Shown here piece after piece: positions 25,264-38,983 of a stretch of DNA of 64,000 bases. Origin of the DNA: Iphione sp. A-MEVVRFRX5 (taxonomy: Eukaryota); the NCBI GenBank assembly GCA_976226885.1, contig OZ320316.1:62248001-62312000 (forward strand), in the 5' to 3' direction. Made by a program: the position numbers and the translations under genes. The notes under the pieces were generated by a model. That model saw nothing but the letters and a program-made list of their open reading frames with translations, was not told the origin of the DNA and did no database searches. How positions within the stretch are numbered: the first letter of the stretch is position 1; each line of letters starts with the position of its first letter.

Positions 25264-28200
25264 GTACGTCTAACTGATTAGATAATCGCTCATTACTTGT
25301 GAGGCTTCATTAACAAATGACATTTGCTTAGGGATAACGAATGCAGAACGAAATGGCTTGATAAACCACCGACGCTGGCTATCTGCATACCGCGTGATTA
25401 ATCATTGTTGATTGGATTTAAGAATTGGGAATTAAAAGACAATCAATGGACCTACGCATTAAACAACTCATAGGTACACCTTCACATAGCATGTATAGGT
25501 TAGGTATACGAATACGCCTGTGCACACAAGTAAAGAACTATTGAAACGAAATGTATGCATAATGTGTGCAAATTGGAATTTGGCAAGTCTGGGGAAAGGG
25601 ATGTTTTATCTCAGATTAATCGTTAGGTTGTATACCTGATTTTCGCCAAGGGGTCGAGACCGAACAATACTTTGCTCATTCTTTGCTAGCACAAGCAGCA
25701 AAGCGACATAGTGAATTAGTCTTAGGGGGCAAAACACGGCGCCGAGGCCACAACAGCATAAAGATGCTTTATAGGAAGTGAATATCATCTAAAATTTAGT
25801 AGTCTGAATCAGCCCACAAGCGAGCTGAAGGGAAAGTAGAGCTGGTGCGGAAAACCCGTCAGACTGAGAAGCTGGAAGACTAGAGAAGTGAACTCTACTC
25901 CAGTGTTGTTAGTAGGCGCAAAATATACATTACACATCAGTGTAGAGCGCATCCATGAGTGAGTAGTCACAAAAACGTTATTATTGCAATAATCAGAGTA
26001 AACAATAGAACCCTCTGCACACTAAAGACCTTCTTTGTGCCAAAAACTTAAATGCAGGGTTGGCCTTTGGTAAAGTATAGGTAGTAGGGGACATGTTCAA
26101 AACTAAGATCGGGTGTACGCAAATACGGACAGAGTTTTGCTGTCTATATTAGTGAGATTAGGATTTTATCACATTACACCTGCGGGGAGATATGGAGCAA
26201 CGTTTGCGCAATACGAGAGAATGTCGTATCTGTTTCAGGTTTCAGGAAACACCAGATAAACTTATTAGGTTGTAAGTCCTTGAGACTTTGTGTCAAGCCG
26301 TAGGCAGGAATAGGACAAAGCAGGGATACCTGATCCTTACCCCTGAGGTCCAGAGATTATGTTTAAGATATGTCATGGAATATAAGACGGCATCCACAGA
26401 CAAGACAATGACAGAAAGACTAGACGTAATACTCTCCTCCACCCTTCCTTTGGTATGGTGTTGCGTATAACAAAAACAGATACTAACACTCAGCCTAGCG
26501 GCTCAAACTGCTGAAACCAGCTTTCGCCTCGTGTAATGGTTGCTCACCAGCTCGTAGTATAGAAGCATTTTATTGTACATTTGGGGCTTAGGGTTGCCTA
26601 GCTATTTTTTAAGGCGCAAGGAAACGTTGCTGTGTCGATTCAAATTGGATATTGCGACGACATACATCAGTTGCTGACCAAAAGCACACCTTCTACATCT
26701 GGCGAATACCGTCATGATGCACGGCCAGATGAATTATAGTTGGTGTCATTATTGGAGAATAAGCAAACACCATGTCCTCATTTCGGATTACTCTCTATCA
26801 TGCCAAGCTGTTCTTCTTTCTTACAAGAATTCTAGGCAGCCCTATTAACTGTGCAAATAGTGTTTTTGTTGACATCTCACCTACAGGCTTTACTTATTGT
26901 CGTAGGGTATAGCTGTTGAATGTGTCTCCATGATCGGCTGTTTACAGATTGATCCCGTTTTAGTTTTGGACATGTTCCTCTTCGTTGGAATGTCCCAGGA
27001 AGCTGGCAGTGACCTCTGGTCATGCAGATGTAGTGCGCCACTGCATTTTGTCCTTGGCGTCCTTTGTTGCTGATGCTAGGGTTTCATCAGTAAACACCAA
27101 ATTGCTAGGGCACCCCAAGAAGATGTGAGAGGGCTAAACATCTTATAAGGGAGAGCATGATCAAATGTACCCTGGGTCTAGAGCATTTAGGTAATATATA
27201 CTTCTTAACACAAAACTAACCTAGGTTTGGAGTGAGGAACAGTGATATCATATAAGACTTTGAAATATCCAGATGGCAATATGGATGTATAATCACACTT
27301 TATACTCATGGCCTTTAGATTTTCAGCCAGGTTACGTATTTTCCAGCGCGAAGTATTTTGCACTACACCTGCTTAGTCCCACGTTTGAGACCAATTGCTG
27401 GATTTCATACAGAAATGCTTCTACTTGCAATATGGCCGTAAAATTTCAAATTTGCAATTGTTTTAAAACGTCACTAGAGAGATACATCCGTGGCGACTGC
27501 TTGATTTGGAGTACTAAGCCTTTAACGTTCTAATAAACAAATTCGGCGTACCTTGAGAGTCTATCCTATATAAGTCGTATAACATTTAAGATCTGTTGGA
27601 CAACTGTTTACAATTTCGTTTCTTTCTGCAGCCTACACGCTTGTGTATTACTTCTGTCTAGGAGTATTTTTTGTACTAAAGCACTATGTGAATTCTTGTT
27701 AGTATCCAAAAACACTAACGCTTTCGTGTTTGATTGTTATTTCCTCTTAAAATGTTGTTTTCATTGTAGGTGATTGTGTTTTTTCCCGCTTCATAAGCCG
27801 CTAAGCCCTTGACCGTATGAATGTTTTGCTTTTTGCATAATATATCGCTTTTTACATTTATAATTGCCCGCAGCCTATATTTTATGACGTGCTGTAAATG
27901 TTCTATTCATGATGTCCATCGCAAAATGGATGATAGCATAAGGAAGGGAATCAGCTCGAGGTATTTTGTATACATGTGCTTGTAGTTCGCCTATACATCT
28001 ACAAGGAAGGAAGTCCCTCTCTCCCGGTTGCTCTCTTCCCGCCATTCTTTTCTTGGTTCTGTGCTTGTCACCTTCTTTAGCTAATAGTTAATGCTAATAA
28101 ATAAAAAACCCTGTTTCTCACATTTAATTTCAAAGGTTGGTAAACGCCGCAGCTTAATATTAGCAGAATCCTAATTTACCCGGTTAATGGTAACCACAAC

Positions 28201-29550
28201 TTGTTTTAGAAAAACCCATCAGGCCAAGAACCACATGACCACTTGACAAAACATGGTAGGCTGCTGGGTTGTTTTAAATATGAATCATCTTTTGAAGTTG
28301 TCCTAGGAAAAACCTTTCAGCTTTGTAAGTTATAATTGGAATGAAACAAAGATCCCCTTGCTGGGAAATCGAAACCGAAATAGACGCTCCTAATTCCGAA
28401 ACATCACGTGTGGTGCGCTGCTGTGCATATTATTCTCTTTGGCAGGTGGAGCTTATACATGAATTAGCAGCAGCTTTGCTCTTCGTATTCTTAGTGCTTT
28501 ATCGATGGAGTGATACAAGTGTCGCTATGTTAATCAATAATGGTAACAGGAAGGGAACCATATCCTGGTGGGGGAATGGTGGATAGGGTGTGTGTAGGGG
28601 GGCGGGGATAATGCCTCCTGAGGAGGGCTTTGCCTATTTTAACGACTACTTCTCAGGATAAGAGGTGCCGAGCATAGGTCGGTAGCTCCAGCAGCACCTG
28701 GGTCGATGACGGGTCGCCACCAAAAATAGCGCACCAAAAGTACAAACAACGTGCATGGATATTCCATCCTCTTCGTCTAAAGGCTACATCCTCAACACTT
28801 GTGTCTCTACTTTATGTCCTCGGTGCAATATTGGGGAAGGGTCACAAGAAGCTTCTGCCCATACCGCAAGGTTTATGTGTGTGCTTGTACGTGTGCAATG
28901 GATGAGAACATAAGTAGCATCTTTCTGAATGGATGAAACGAGATTCTTCCCCCTATCCAGCGTCGACAAATACGAAGACTTGAAGTAAGATTTGGGATGT
29001 AGTTACTGACGAAAGAAATGTCCTTGCATCTCATCACAGTTATTGCTAATCGAGTGTCATGCACGTTTTTGTGTTCGTAAGTTGGTGGTGACTGATGAAC
29101 ACACGTAATAACAAATAACATTTGTTGTCATCTGTGAACATGCTGTTCAGTCACGTGGTAGGCACAATCCTCTGTGCATTATGGCTTTTTTTTTATCTAT
29201 ATAACTGAAACATTGAAATTGCATGCATTTTACTAAAACATTATAAGATGCAAGATAAGATATGCATTTGAAAGAGTATTATCTGCTTGTTTTTTTTTAG
29301 GTTTAATGGACGTAAATGGTCTATATGTAGTGGAAACTCTTACGTACTACAATGTACCTGTGTAAGTCACTGATGTAGGTTTCAGTAGACCAAGTCTGTT
29401 TGCTACATTTTAGGACGCGAAGTTCATAGAGCAACACGTAGCCCTCTAGACGCTATATAGGGGTCACCCTCCCCATCACGGTGTTCCTTGTTCCTAATGG
29501 TAACTATACATATCTGATACTATTGAGAGCTGGACCGATTTCCATTGCAG

Positions 29551-29799
29551 GTGAATAACAATCACAACTGCAATAACCCGAAGGAGGGCCCGGCGTCACC
29601 GACGTTAGAGCGGTTGCCGTACCAGGTGGCCGGCTCCAGGTCTCCTTCCGGCGACATGGATCATGATGAGAACGAAGGGCGGCGCGCCTGCTGTACCCAG
29701 GGGCGCGCGCTGCTCGTCGACGTCGTCTCCCGCGTTGCGTTCCCGATGAGTTTCGTCGCTTTCAATTTCGCCTACTGGACCTACTACCTGACGACATAG
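29551..29799 (+). CDS. Gene A last exon (M3-M4 loop end, M4, stop)
   Basis: Acceptor ccattgcag; ...VDVVSRVAFPMSFVAFNFAYWTYYLTT*, matching the typical D-x-x-S-R-x-x-F-P...FN-x-x-YW M4 pattern. Confidence 0.93.
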   Translation: MNNNHNCNNPKEGPASPTLERLPYQVAGSRSPSGDMDHDENEGRRACCTQGRALLVDVVSRVAFPMSFVAFNFAYWTYYLTT

Positions 29800-31011
29800 C
29801 CTGGTGGCAACGCCAGGACTGACCCGTGACCGACTAGAGCCTGATCTGATCTCGCCAACACCCATGTATAATGATCAAACATATCGACCGCACCGGTGAC
29901 ACTGCCTAAACACGCTTCACGCCGATGCCGCCAGAGGTCGCAGTCGACGCGAGCTGCTGAACTAAGCTCCACTAGGGAGCGTGGTCAGGCGTCCTTTGGC
30001 GTGAGAGCTCTGCTGACGCTTCGCAAATGGCTTTGGCGCTTTCGTTGCTTTAGGTCGTGTCACTGTTGACTCTTTTCATGTAGCTCTAAACAGAAACTAT
30101 AGACAGATTTATATTCAAAATACCTTAATATGTTATATGGTATATAATGCAGGATGTAGGTCTATGATTTATGACGAATTGAAAACGAGGCAGTCTCAAA
30201 GGACGCTTAAGCTAATTGCAAACGGGAAGACAGCTATATGTGTCCCTAAAATACCGACGCCAATCACCATGGGTGAAATGTAGCGGTAATCAAGATAAAT
30301 ATATGAATATATATTTCTTCCCGTTTTTTAATAGAAAGTGGTGACTCTGAAAGGACACCATGAAAAATGTGCTTATTGCATTGTCATTGTTATTTTGTGA
30401 TATCGTATTGGATCAGAGTTTCCAGTTCATAATCCCATTGATCTCAAGCAGGTGCTCTTGCACTCCTTGTAGGGTGATTACTACACCATTCTTACTAGAA
30501 TTCTGCGTTGTCAAATTCAAACAAGAATCTCTTCAAAGCCGAAATGAAATCGCTGTTGTACCGGCTAAACAGTATAAATGATCGAAAATTAAGGCACCAA
30601 GCAAAACTGCAATATTTATATATGGCATACTTTTATTCATGTAACACTGTCTGTGCTCTGCACCACAGTAGTTGTACTAGAATGGTGTATAATGCTGAAG
30701 CGGTTACACAATTAAATGCATGAATACTTTCAACTCAGTACCGGAATTCTCATGTACGCGTCTTTCACAGACATGTTCTTCGGTGGATGTCGAAAGGAAC
30801 AGCGTCTGGCCTGGGTGTAATACAACGAGTGTCCAGTTGCACCTGTCCTCAGTCAGCAGTAATATCAGAATTGGTCGTCAGAAACTGCTGCCCACCCTTT
30901 GTAGGCCCCTTCTCATCGTTTGCTGTTCGCGATAGTTTTCCTGCTATTAGCGTGGGCGAGCTTTTAAGAAAGGGCCACATCTACTCTCAGGGCTGAGACA
31001 CCGAGCGTTGT

Positions 31012-31017
31012 AATAAA
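31012..31017 (+). terminator. Candidate poly(A) signal for gene A (AATAAA; another at 32628-32633)
   Basis: Hexamer match downstream of the stop; which one is used is unknown. Confidence 0.3.
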
Positions 31018-32099
31018 AAGGACAATCTGGTTGCTTAAGATATATGATGGGCCATTACCCATCCACCCTTTGCCTGGCTGTAAGTATGAATGGGTGTATG
31101 TGAATGTGTGTTTCACTTTAAGAAGTGAAGACAGTTAGATGAAAATCTTAGTATTTCTATGTTTGGAACAGTAACTTTCTGTCGCGGATGCCCCTTTTAC
31201 TGTTTCATTCTTTACTTGTGGGAACAGCATTCATTATGATGTAGCACTATTTGAAGTAAAATCAAGAGGCAACGTTACACATTGCAGGGCACTTTTTCCA
31301 CATACTCCTGTCCTGAGATGCACTAATGATGACATTCAATCGATCAGCATTTATTGTTACACTGGTGACAGACTGATTGCCTTAGAATAAGGTAGTTATG
31401 CGTATATAAATATATACATGTATATATGTATGTACATATATATATACGAGTTCAAATATATCTGGGCTATTCTAATCTAGTACACTTTCGTCAGAGGCAA
31501 TTATAAAATTTGTACATTATTAGTATTGAACACAGTCCTTGGCATCACTCGCCAAAGTGCTGTGAGTTACCATGTCACGCGAGTGCGCAAGTACAAACAG
31601 TCTTGAGTCATGTGGTAAACATATCAACATTGTCTTTGTTCACGTCTATTGATAACCTTGTTGTCTTACACTACTTCTCGTCGATTGTCTAGGCGTTCAT
31701 AATGGGCCAGTAGCAGAAACCTCTAAACGTCTAGCAGTAACGCAATGCTGGAGTGAGATTCTTCTTATTGTTCTTTACATTCGTAGCGCCTCTCGATGTG
31801 ATACATATACCCGTGAGTAAATGCTATATAAATCTTAAAAACACGTAGTCATGTAACAATCTTGTTGTGGCTATGGGAAAAAAACGAGAAAAGGCTGGAA
31901 TGGGGCTGCCTGAATTCGCGAAGACACAAACAAAGCGGGAATATAGTTGTCTGATAAGGCTGGGTGTCCATGTACACATGTCAGCATGCGTGTCCATTCG
32001 TGAGCATGTCAGGGTGTATTTTTGCTAATCTGATAACCACTGTGTACACACTGTGGTGTGTGTATTCATTGTGTTTTCACATTTACACACCTGTTATAA

Positions 32100-32330
32100 T
32101 CATTCTGCCCAAAATACATGTCCCAAATATGCATCGTGAAGCATGGAAAATGGAACATTTCCCATTTTTGAAACATGGTGCATGTGTACACATTATGCAC
32201 ATGCACAGACACATGTGCATGCATATACTCATCATGTTAACCATAGTTCCCAAAATACATGTTCACAAACATGCACACACAGACATGGAGACATGTATAC
32301 ATGGAAACCTAGCCTAATGTCCCAAAATAG
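32100..32330. repeat. Degenerate subrepeat tract (CCCAAAATA x3, CATG/CACA-rich)
   Basis: CCCAAAATA at about 32108, 32249 and 32320; probable non-autonomous element remnant. Confidence 0.4.
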
Positions 32331-35300
32331 GATGTGTTGTGGAGATCAATGATACCAAATGACAGATCAGATGAAAAGGTTATTGGTTATTAATTCATTG
32401 ACCTATCCATTATCTATGACAATCTCGTTGGTTATGTATTGTTGTATTCATCGTTATTCGAATAGCGGTATTCCGTAGACACCATTAGTGGTGGACGTTG
32501 CAGTGCCAAACTGTGCACCAAATCTGTACCTGAATGCTTTCGTCTGTCGTATATAGCCCCGCTCCCCGGATACTCACCTGTCAATAACGTACACGTGCCT
32601 CACACCCTTTGACCTTACACCGACAACAATAAAGATGTCCCTGTTGTTCTTCACTGTGAAATTTCATAATAAATGTTGTTAATTAACATACGTCCATTTT
32701 ATTCTTGTATTGAAATTCCCCATCATACTAATAGGTATAAATGCTTTTTAAGGTGTCCAATATATAAATAGTTTCTAGTTGGAAAAGCCTTTGTGAAGCT
32801 ATTAGCACTAATCTGTTAAGATAAGAATACTATTTATTTTACATGTATTACAAAACATAGTATTATTATAGATAGAGTAGATGAGTCGCGATTTGAAAAT
32901 ACTGAACAGTACAATTTAATTTTTAAAGGAAAGCTCACATTATCTCAACCTCTAGTGACTTCATGAAAATTGGGAATCTTTTACGGGGAGGAGCACTTTT
33001 TCTCCTGATGGCCATTAGCGTTATTCCTCATAGTTTAACGTGTCGGAGTAAAGAGCTTAGATCAGTGTGGACATCCTTTCATATGGCAGGACCAATTCAA
33101 TCATAAGCATGTAATACAATAGTCTCATATCTCGAATTTCCAAGTTATACAAGCAAATATCAGTGATAGAGAAATGTTCCTACTTTCATAGTCCAGTCGT
33201 CAATGGTTCCATTTTAATTTGGCTGGAATGTTTGGGTGGTTGGATAAGTTAGAGAAATTGAATTGGATCTGATAGGTTTTAGTGCCTTCTCTGCTGGCTG
33301 GAGTATTGAGGTGACTGTTTGCTAAGGTGACTGAATTATTAGAGGTCTCTGGATATGTTTTTTCAGTCACTGGAAAATAAAGTACTCGGGGGATGGTGGA
33401 GACTGACAAAATATTCATTAATGTAGAGAAGTCAAGATTACGAAGGCTTTCTGAAACAGAAATGATGAACACGATGTAAAGGTCAAATGCCTAGATGTAG
33501 GTTCATTTTTGATGGATTTACATTTAGATGTTAATACTTGTATGTATATTATTTATAGTTATTAGCCCGTTCATGGCAGATGTCAGAGAAAAGAAACATA
33601 TTGAAGACCTCGTATCTTCGTACTGTTCGAGACACAAATATTTTAGGGACAATATTATTTTGTGTAGGGTAAGCTATATACTTATACATGAAACTACTTA
33701 GGTATAATAATTATTCCCCAAAGATAATTCAGATACTATATAGAATATTCTGGAAATGTACTTGTACATGTACATGTATTCACCAAATAGGCCAAAACGT
33801 CTACCTTCAATGTGCAAATTATTGCTCTCCCATAATCCATACTGAAAGAGTATATTTATAAGGAATAAAATATACTGGACCTATATTGAGGCATTTCAAA
33901 GTGGGCTTATTTATCAGAAATACATTAAATAATTGAATCTTAGTTCTTTTATAGAAAATACATTTTAATAAATCAGCTAACTTTCAAACAATGAAATCAG
34001 GCTGCACGTCATCATTCTTGAACACAGTGTGTCATTAAATTTCAGAAAACTAACATAGACTCTGTGGCACTTTGCCTGCTACATGTCTCTTTACTTTGTA
34101 GTGATACCATTTCCAGAGTTACTGTAATTATCAGAATCCTGGTAGGACCAACATTTGAATTATATTTACATTGCAATTCAGACGCATTTAAATACCATTT
34201 GGTCGCTTTGCACCAGGAGATAGTTGATACTGGTGGCAGATTGTTTCCATTTGATTCAGTTGACCGGTCCCTCAGCACTGAAATGTTGCCTTGAACTTGG
34301 AAATGTATACTGGTGTAAGGGGTATCAGCAATCAAAGATATCAATGAATTAATCTTTTTGAATTTTATTAACTCCTAGAACAAGTGAAAAAATACAAACA
34401 GGGAGAGTCAGGGGGTACCCAATAACGTATCACCAAGAATTAAAAACATGCATAATGCTTAAAGGAGGAGGAAACAATGCTTAACCAAGAATTGATGTTT
34501 AAATAATGTTCAGAAAATAGTGTCCAGAAAGTGCTCCGTAATGCTTCGCGCTCATTTGTAGAGGAGAATAACGTTTCGCGCTGAATTAAAATAGACAAAA
34601 CACCAGAATAGTTGACCCCCCTGTATATAAAACAACACAATGTTGGCTAATGTCGCAGTTTAACTTGTGCTAAACTTTCCAAAATTTGCGAATTTGTCTT
34701 CATAACAAAATGTATCTAGTTCATGTGTAAGATTCAAATGGTGGAAAGGAAACACAACTAGACCGATAGATACATAAATAGATAGACAAATAGATGGAGA
34801 GAGAATCGGAAGCAGGCAGCAAGAACTTACGGGCGGACAGAGAAACACAAAGAAATTATATCATGCACAAATCCCTTATTAAATACTACCGAGTGAATTT
34901 GCTTTTTAAGGATGTTTGTTTAATCTTCTTTGTAATAGCATGACATGAAATCTGTGCTCAGGAAATAAGAAAGGCGACCGGAAACAAAATATATTTACAA
35001 TACTCATGAATGGTAATGACCGATTTGGTTCAAAGTTTAGCGTCCAGATGGCGTCCCGGATGGAAATGAATCCTGAAGTGGCTCTCTCTTTTGTCGGTAA
35101 TTAGTCGGGACATTTGTTAGAGGACTTTTGTTGAGAAATTACGGTGTGAGTGATAACATTAATTTTCGCCTCGATCTAGGTTTCGATAGTTCATACAAAA
35201 TTGCGCCGCTTTGTTCATTCATCTCCAGTATCAAAGGTAACCACCTAGCATACCCTCAGGAGACAAAACAAACCAAAACTAGGCTTCAAAGTTGAGCACA

Positions 35301-35483
35301 CTCCCGTATTTTCTACACACTTGTGTATTTTAAGGCTTTGATAATTTGCTTCGGTACATATCGGCTGTTTGCTAGTAATCGACCTTTATCCTTTGGGGAG
35401 AGCTCTTCTTTCACTGTACCCTGTCATTTAATTGCCATCAGCAAACCTTACCATGTATAGGTTTACTGAAATCGCAGTACACG

Positions 35484-35487
35484 TACA

Positions 35488-35521
<34 letters not shown>

Positions 35522-35547
35522 CATACATACATACATACATACATACA
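35484..35547. repeat. (TACA)n microsatellite
   Basis: About 16 units with one TATA interruption. Confidence 0.92.
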
Positions 35548-36259
35548 CACACACTGCCGTGCACAGACAAACGACTTATCCATTCACACAAAGACACAGT
35601 CCCCGCACGTATTGGGCCGACTCATTCAATTTATGATGTACATGTATAGAGGTTATGAAATGTATCGTAGACTATATTAGCACTATGTTACCAAATGTAT
35701 CGGTGGTCACCTTAATACATCGCACCATCATTAAGACCGCTTAAGCACGGTGCGCAGACAGGAAGCAGACGAAGCCAGTCTACGGCCTCGGGTGTTGCAA
35801 GACAGGTCTACAATCTTGGCCATCGAAACATGTCGTACTGCGGCATATTACCACGATAGGATACGTATCACATAGCAAGTAACGTTTGTTATTTTCAGGA
35901 CCCTATTAATTTTAGTATGCTATAACTGTATGTCTATAAGTGTGTTTGTGCTTGCGTGCCTAGGGGCACACTCTCCAGTATGAAACAATATGAATAGTTG
36001 AATTTATGAACTTCGTCATTTCATCTCCGCAGAAGAAATTTCTAGATTGATCACATTTGATACTCTCAGTTTAACAGTGATTTTTAGGTATGCTAGAGAT
36101 CGCTAGGAGTATTATTTTTCTAAAATATACATAAATTATGGGAGTGAGCCTCACTTGGCTACTACCATGTTGCCAGAGTTACAAGTGAATATTGAGGGAT
36201 TCGGCGCGACAAGGATCTGTCCACCACCGAGCGTTTCAGAGGAGGGTGAGTAATAGTGT

Positions 36260-36970
36260 GTATCAGGAAGACCCATCATTGGACAAAACTCACTGAAGGA
36301 TGTTTATGTAATGCAAATGGTGAAGCTATCTGGGTTAAGGTAAAACCGGGCATGTTAAAGAATCACTACGTTTCTGTTGCTTATGGGTTCTTCAAAGGAA
36401 ATATTGCAGAACATAACAGCACACCAAATTGTGGTACACAAGGAAAATTGGCAACTATTTGGAGGAATTTTAATCTGATTTGGCTGCAGAGAATTTAGTC
36501 AAGGACTTTGTGTATTCATTGGTCGGCTATCTTCGGCCTAAGATTGCTTGTGAATGAATCCGGCCATGCTGGTGCTGTTCAAAGATGTTTGATATCATCT
36601 CACATAAGGTACTAAAAGCTAAGCTACTCAGTTATGGCTATTTAGGGATGGTGCTGAGATGGTTGGCCTCTTACCACTCTCACAGGTTCATTCAGTGGCG
36701 TGCAATAGTACGTTGTCCATGTTGAGGATAATCGGAAATGGGGTGCCACAAGGGCCAATCTTTTTCCCTCTGTTGCTATTGTTGGCCATAAATATGGTAC
36801 CCATGCCACCTAATGCTCTACATGGATGACATCGCTATCTATGGGTGAGGGACAGATAATCCGGGGCTGGCATAAAAACTGAAGCACTGCCTAGATAAAG
36901 TGCTTTTGTGGTTCCCAAATAAAGGGTTGATCATAAACATAGAGAAAAGCAAGTCCATTTGCTAGGAAAG
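36260..36970 (+). mobile_element. Degenerate, internally deleted CR1/L2-type LINE (endonuclease fragment plus RT core)
   Basis: EAIWVKVKPG...VSVAYG (APE-like), then FDIISHKVLKAKLLSYGYLGMVLRWLASY, GVPQGPIFFPLL...IN, LYMDDIAIY and LDKVLLWF...LIINIEKSK, with stops and frameshifts. Confidence 0.85.
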
Positions 36971-38003
36971 AACAAGGGAATTCATGCTGATTTAGTAACG
37001 GAATGGGTCATCTTGAAGAAAGTGAAGAACTTTTGTCTCCTGGGGCATATGATCGGTGGGGCATATGATTAATAATAAATTTGGAAAACCTTTCATTGTA
37101 TCTTTAACCAGGAACTAGATTCAATATCCTTTTAGCTGTTCCTCCATGATCCTCCTGGGATAGAATACTACCATCTATTATTGAGAATTGAGCGACCATA
37201 ATACACAGGGTTGCCACCTGTTCTTATTTCAAACAGGTTCCTGGGTTTTTGTGCATAGAAGGACAGAATCCTATACATCCACAGCCTTTATAACAAGTTG
37301 TGATCTACTCTGGGTTAGAACTACAGAAAATGCATCTGGTCATGATCAAGAGCCCCATTATCTGAACCTGCATCAAAGAGAGAAATATTTCCTATTGTTG
37401 TTGATTTATAATATGCAATATGCAGGTCTCTGTGATAATGACTCCATGGGTAAAACTTGCAGGAGATTTTGGGCTCAGCTTGAGGTAGACAGACCATACT
37501 TAGTCCTGTTTTTTTATTCCTTTTGCTACAGGAGATAATGTTGGCAGAAAGACTTGCCTCCCTAGATAAAACATGCTGGTAACAAATCTGCTGTAAAATC
37601 AGCATAGCAGATATTACTGCCAGGTAGAGGCTGGTAAGCATGTGCTCATTGACATACTAGGGACATAAAGTGTGACAATTTAATTTATTTTGCTAGCTTA
37701 GGATTAGATCGATGTAGTAAGGATCCATATGATGGAATGGTCTTATTCAGTTCGTATTAATGTCAGCTAGGCTAGGGTTTTGTAGATACTTTTTTCACGT
37801 AATATAGGCCCTACTGTAAAATCAACACTGCAAAGGTTAATGCTAGTTAGTGAATAGACAGATCTGGCGAAAATCCAAACATTGACATATTGAAGACTTA
37901 TTCCAATTCAATTTGTACTACTTAACCTCTCTGAAGCCTCTGAAACTGGTCACATAACCTTCCTCATTTGCAGAAAATTTGACTGAACACTGTGATTAGC
38001 ACT

Positions 38004-38126
38004 ATATGTGAGATATAAGTGATTATATGAATATATGTCTCCAAGACGCTGTTGTCATGATACCGTAACCAGGTTACTTGATTGCGTCATTGTATTCCAT
38101 CAGCACACCACCGTTTGAAATTTTCT
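38004..38126 (+). repeat. Split direct repeat A1 (123 nt)
   Basis: 121/123 identical to 41941-42063 (CA vs TG); contains a TATA-like GATATAAG. Confidence 0.95.
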
Positions 38127-38155
38127 GGTGAAGACGTGTCTCTGGTATCTCAGTG

Positions 38156-38983
38156 ATGGAGAAATTTTGTAGGAAGTGTGAATTCAAGCATCCGCCGCCA
38201 GTAGGCAAGCATTGTAAGAGAATTGATTCTCCTGGTGATCCAGGCAGAGACGATCATGATTTAAAGAAGGATTCTCCAGAGGATGTGGTCGAGAAGCGCT
38301 TCCAAAAGATAGAGACGATGTTACAAGCCTTGGTCCTGAGCAAGCCTCAAGCTACAGCGAACGAAAAGAAGGAAGACCTCATTAGCTCATCCAGTGATGA
38401 TGGATCATCGTCAGAGTCTGATGAGGATGAAACGAAGAAAAAATCGAAGAGAGGTAAGAAAGCCAAGAAACTATTGATTTCGAAATATGTGAAAGGTGAG
38501 AAGGTTGAGTCTTATGAGGATCTTGTGGTGGGATCTATTGGACTCTTGAAGAACCTGATGGCTAGTGGAGAAAAGGTGGATGGTTACGTGGATCACATTG
38601 CCTTTATCACTGACCGGGCTTCAACTAAGATTTACACAAGCTCATCGTTGATCGAGTACGACAGAGAAATGAGGAAGAAAGCCAGGGACGATGGAGTGAA
38701 AGCAGTCTGTTACGGCGATACGATGCTTATACACAGGTGCCTCAGCTTAGATGCAACAGTAGATGTGGCGAAAGCGAGGGATTCAAAGAAAAAGGCCAGA
38801 AAACAGAAAGGGATCTGTTTTCGTTATAACAACATGGGTTGTGATGATTCCAGCTGTCGTTTCAAGCATGTGTGTGAAAACTGCCTCAAGGCGGGGCATA
38901 AATCAAGCGATTGCTTCTCCGCTAAGACGGTAGGCGGGGACTCGGGCAACACCAAAGTGAAATCGGCTGCAAAGAAAGATTGA
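38156..38983 (+). CDS. gag: Gag-like ORF1 of the YR retrotransposon (275 aa)
   Basis: ATG at 38156 in strong context. N-terminal CRKCEFKH...C and C-terminal CFRYNNMGCDDSSCRFKHVCENCLKAGHKSSDC (CCCH plus CCHC zinc fingers typical of DIRS-order Gag). Confidence 0.88.
   Translation: MEKFCRKCEFKHPPPVGKHCKRIDSPGDPGRDDHDLKKDSPEDVVEKRFQKIETMLQALVLSKPQATANEKKEDLISSSSDDGSSSESDEDETKKKSKRGKKAKKLLISKYVKGEKVESYEDLVVGSIGLLKNLMASGEKVDGYVDHIAFITDRASTKIYTSSSLIEYDREMRKKARDDGVKAVCYGDTMLIHRCLSLDATVDVAKARDSKKKARKQKGICFRYNNMGCDDSSCRFKHVCENCLKAGHKSSDCFSAKTVGGDSGNTKVKSAAKKD

Larger units (their letters stand above)
5314..29799 (+). other. Gene A span: anion-selective Cys-loop ligand-gated ion channel subunit (GlyR/GluCl-like), 8 coding exons plus one candidate micro-exon
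   Basis: Exons 5314-5363(?), 8223-8308, 11855-11922, 13079-13302, 20476-20558, 22338-22481, 24290-24795 and 29551-29799 sum to 1410 nt (469 aa + stop) with compatible phases. The product has a Cys-loop, loop-C disulfide pair, PAR motif and M1-M4. Confidence 0.92.

Noticed and set aside
28660-28760. GC-rich coding-looking segment as an extra M3-M4 loop exon of gene A
   Set aside because: The best acceptor (ttctcag) gives an in-frame stop in phase 0, and no phase-0 donor closes the alternative frame.
34042-34344. Minus-strand 100-aa ORF with a faint Ig-like look (ISWCK, WYLN)
   Set aside because: No canonical Cys/Trp spacing and no supporting splice structure.
35484-35547. Regular repeat array as a CRISPR
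   Set aside because: A simple tetranucleotide microsatellite with no spacers, in eukaryotic DNA.
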